Shown here in pieces: positions 61,444 through 64,000 of a stretch of DNA of 64,000 nt (the first letter of the stretch is position 1; each line of letters opens with the position of its first letter). Position numbers and translations under genes: made by a program. The stretch spans positions 9,362,001-9,426,000 of the forward strand of contig NC_043017.1 in the NCBI RefSeq assembly GCF_006345805.1. The letters run 5' to 3'. This stretch comes from Octopus sinensis (taxonomy: Eukaryota). Below the pieces are notes generated by a model that saw nothing but the letters and a program-made list of their open reading frames with translations, did no database searches and was not told where the DNA came from.

Positions 61444-62974
61444 ATGATGATGATGATATATAAAGAAAAAATGAATATGAATGGAGATAATTGTTCATTT
61501 ATGTTACATATGTTTCCAGAGAATGGTCATTTATTTGCTTATTAACATATTACGTAATAAAATAACACAACCAGACCGTTTCTTCAAAGACACATACAAA
61601 CACACGTTCATTAACTGAGGCATGAAGTCAGGTTATGCCAGCTATTGGTACCATGTAACTCAATATTTTGTTCATTTTGAGCAACTAAAATCATTACCCC
61701 TCCCCACTTCTTCACCCAGAATACCTGGTGATTATAACTGAAATTGATCAAAGGCCAAAGAATTTCTTGCAAAGAAACCAACAGCCAACCATTCCTGGAG
61801 AGTAGACTGGCGCCAACAGTTTAGCTCCTCTTTGAAAACATTTATTACCCTTAACCTAAATCCTCCTTACACTAGATTTTGGAGGTAATGGGGAAAATAA
61901 TAACCATTATTGTTTCTAATTTTCATACTTTTGAGAGGAGGGGCAAGTTGATTGCATTAGCCTCAGTATTTGACTGGTACTTTATTTATTTCGTTGACCC
62001 CAGAGAAATGAAAGATAAAGGTGACATTGGTGGAATTTGAACACAGAAGGTAATGAGTTGCAAGAAACGCTTGTAAGCATTTTCCCCCTATGTTCTAACA
62101 GCTCTGTTAAAATAATAATAATAATAATAATAATTGTTTTAAATTTTGGCTCAAGGCCAGCAATTTTCAGAGAAAAGGGTTAGTTGATGTTATGGACCCT
62201 AGTATATGTTTGGTACTTTATTCCAGAAGGATGAAAAGCAAAGTTGACCATGTTAGGTTTTTTAAATACTTTTAGTAGTAATAATAATAATAATAATAAT
62301 AATAATAGAAAATTAATAGCAGTTGTGACCAAATGATTTCATTGGTTCCTTCACCATATTTGCAGAACTCCTTAATATACCTTTGCACTTTTCTAACTGG
62401 AACTGTCTCCAAATAACATAGATACAACTGTTTCCCCACCCCTACTGCCATAAACCAATTGCCAACTCTCTAACTCTCCCTAACTCTCTACACTACTTGG
62501 CCATCCCCCCACCCTCACCCTCCAGTGGCCTTCCTCTTGCTACTCCATGCTTTTTTTTTGGCAACTACATTCTTCACTGACCTTTCAGCAGATTTGAAAA
62601 AAAACCCATTTTATTTTGGTTTTTGTAAGTGAAAGTAGGTGGGGGTTTAAACCAGGGAAAAAAAAACTAATAATGATAACATTAATAGTTCTTATATATA
62701 TATATATATGTGGGAAACAGAAATTGTGCATAAGCTGGTTATTATTATCTATTTAGGATGAATCCTTTTGAATTGTGATGAATAGTTGATAATATTAAAC
62801 AGGATATAACTATTTTGATCGTGTTTGGGACCCATTAATCTTGATGATATTAACCATTTGATAACATTATCCACATTTGTTATAAGTGGCTTCCATTGTA
62901 TACATGTGAATATAAATACATATATATATGTGTATATATATACACACACACATATGTACATTGTATATAGGTAC

Positions 62975-63330
62975 ATGTTTGGTTATGTGGTAAGAAGCTT
63001 GCTTCCCAACCACATGGTTCCGAGTTCAGTCCCACTGCGTGGCACCTTGGGCAAGTATCTTCTACTATAGCCCAAAGCCTTGTGAGTGGATTTGGTAGAG
63101 AGAGACCGAACAAAGTCTGTATATATATATATATATATACCTGTGTGTGTGTTTGTCCCCCACCTACTGCTTCACAACCAGTATTGGTTTGTTTACATCT
63201 CCATAACTTAGAAGTTCGGCAAAAGATATCAATAGAATAAGTTCTAGGCTTTAAAAAAAATAAGTAAAGGGGTCAATTTGTTTGACTAAAACCCTTCAAG
63301 GCAGTGTCCGGTGACCAAAACAAGTTAAAA
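62975..63330 (+). mobile_element. SINE family B
   Basis: Matches 13328-13743. Confidence 0.75.
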
Positions 63331-64000
63331 GGTATCTCTGTGTGCGTGTATATATATATACATACGCACAGATTATATACGTGTGTGTGTATATATATAT
63401 ATACAAGGTGTGGCATAAAAACCTCCAATATTTTACATGTCTTAGAATGGTGAATCTGGAAGGTTTTTTTGCCTAATCGCTGTATATGTGTTGTTATATT
63501 TGTGTGTGTGTGTGTGTATATTATATCTCTATGTAAGTAACTGTTTATACATCATAAAATTATACATAAGTACAGGTATAGAAGTGTGCTTAAAAAGTTC
63601 ACTTTTAAGTCCTATGGTTCCAAGTTCAATCCCAATGTGCTGCACCTTTGGTGAATGTGCTTTGACTCTGGCACTCAGCTGACCCAAGTCATGTGAGTGG
63701 AACTGGGCCAGACAGAATCTCTGGGAAAGTCCCATTGAATAGGTGGAGTTCTTGGTATTTTGTAGTTCCTTGTTTTTCTTGCTTTTCATTTCCACCAATC
63801 ACAGAATTACAGGAACATTATTTTTGCTGCCGTTCTTTGTCTGACTCAGTCCCAACCTCACAATTTTTAAATATTCATTTTCTGTGTGTGTGTATGAATA
63901 TATGTATATGTATCTGTATAATTATATGTATACATTTGCATATACAAATCTATGTATATGTCTGTGTATATATGTGTGTATACAGGTATGTATAAGTGTC

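Noticed and set aside
51091-64000. Su(H)/CSL sites (TGTGGGAA) and K-box TGTGAT motifs suggesting Notch or miR-2 control
   Set aside because: Scattered, some inside repeats, and not visibly above chance in GT-rich DNA; needs conservation data.

Overview
Repeat-rich, AT-rich animal genomic DNA, most likely an octopus (inferred from the tRNA-derived SINE families and the dense (TA)n/(CA)n/(ATT)n/(GAT)n microsatellites), with one 100-N scaffold gap at 34943-35042. There is one credible protein-coding gene: an intronless 908-aa C2H2 zinc-finger transcription factor (48364-51090, +) with four fingers of the Klumpfuss/EGR/WT1 type, plus FRPW and PLDLS corepressor motifs. The other ORFs in the track are translations of microsatellites, SINEs or LINE fragments. 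The rest of the window is a mosaic of three tRNA-derived SINE families, 5'-truncated RTE and CR1 LINEs, hAT- and piggyBac-like MITEs, minisatellites and local duplications. The main unexplained signal is a set of short, ORF-less elements, mostly next to (TA)n, that carry minimal type-I hammerhead-ribozyme folds. These fall into three sequence families, several have non-canonical cores (CUGUYGA, CCGAYGA), and all five with a complete core lie antisense to the zinc-finger gene. Two long near-perfect palindromes and a V-SINE-like domain inside an RTE 3' UTR also deserve follow-up. Coordinates were read by eye, and edges of degenerate repeats are approximate.
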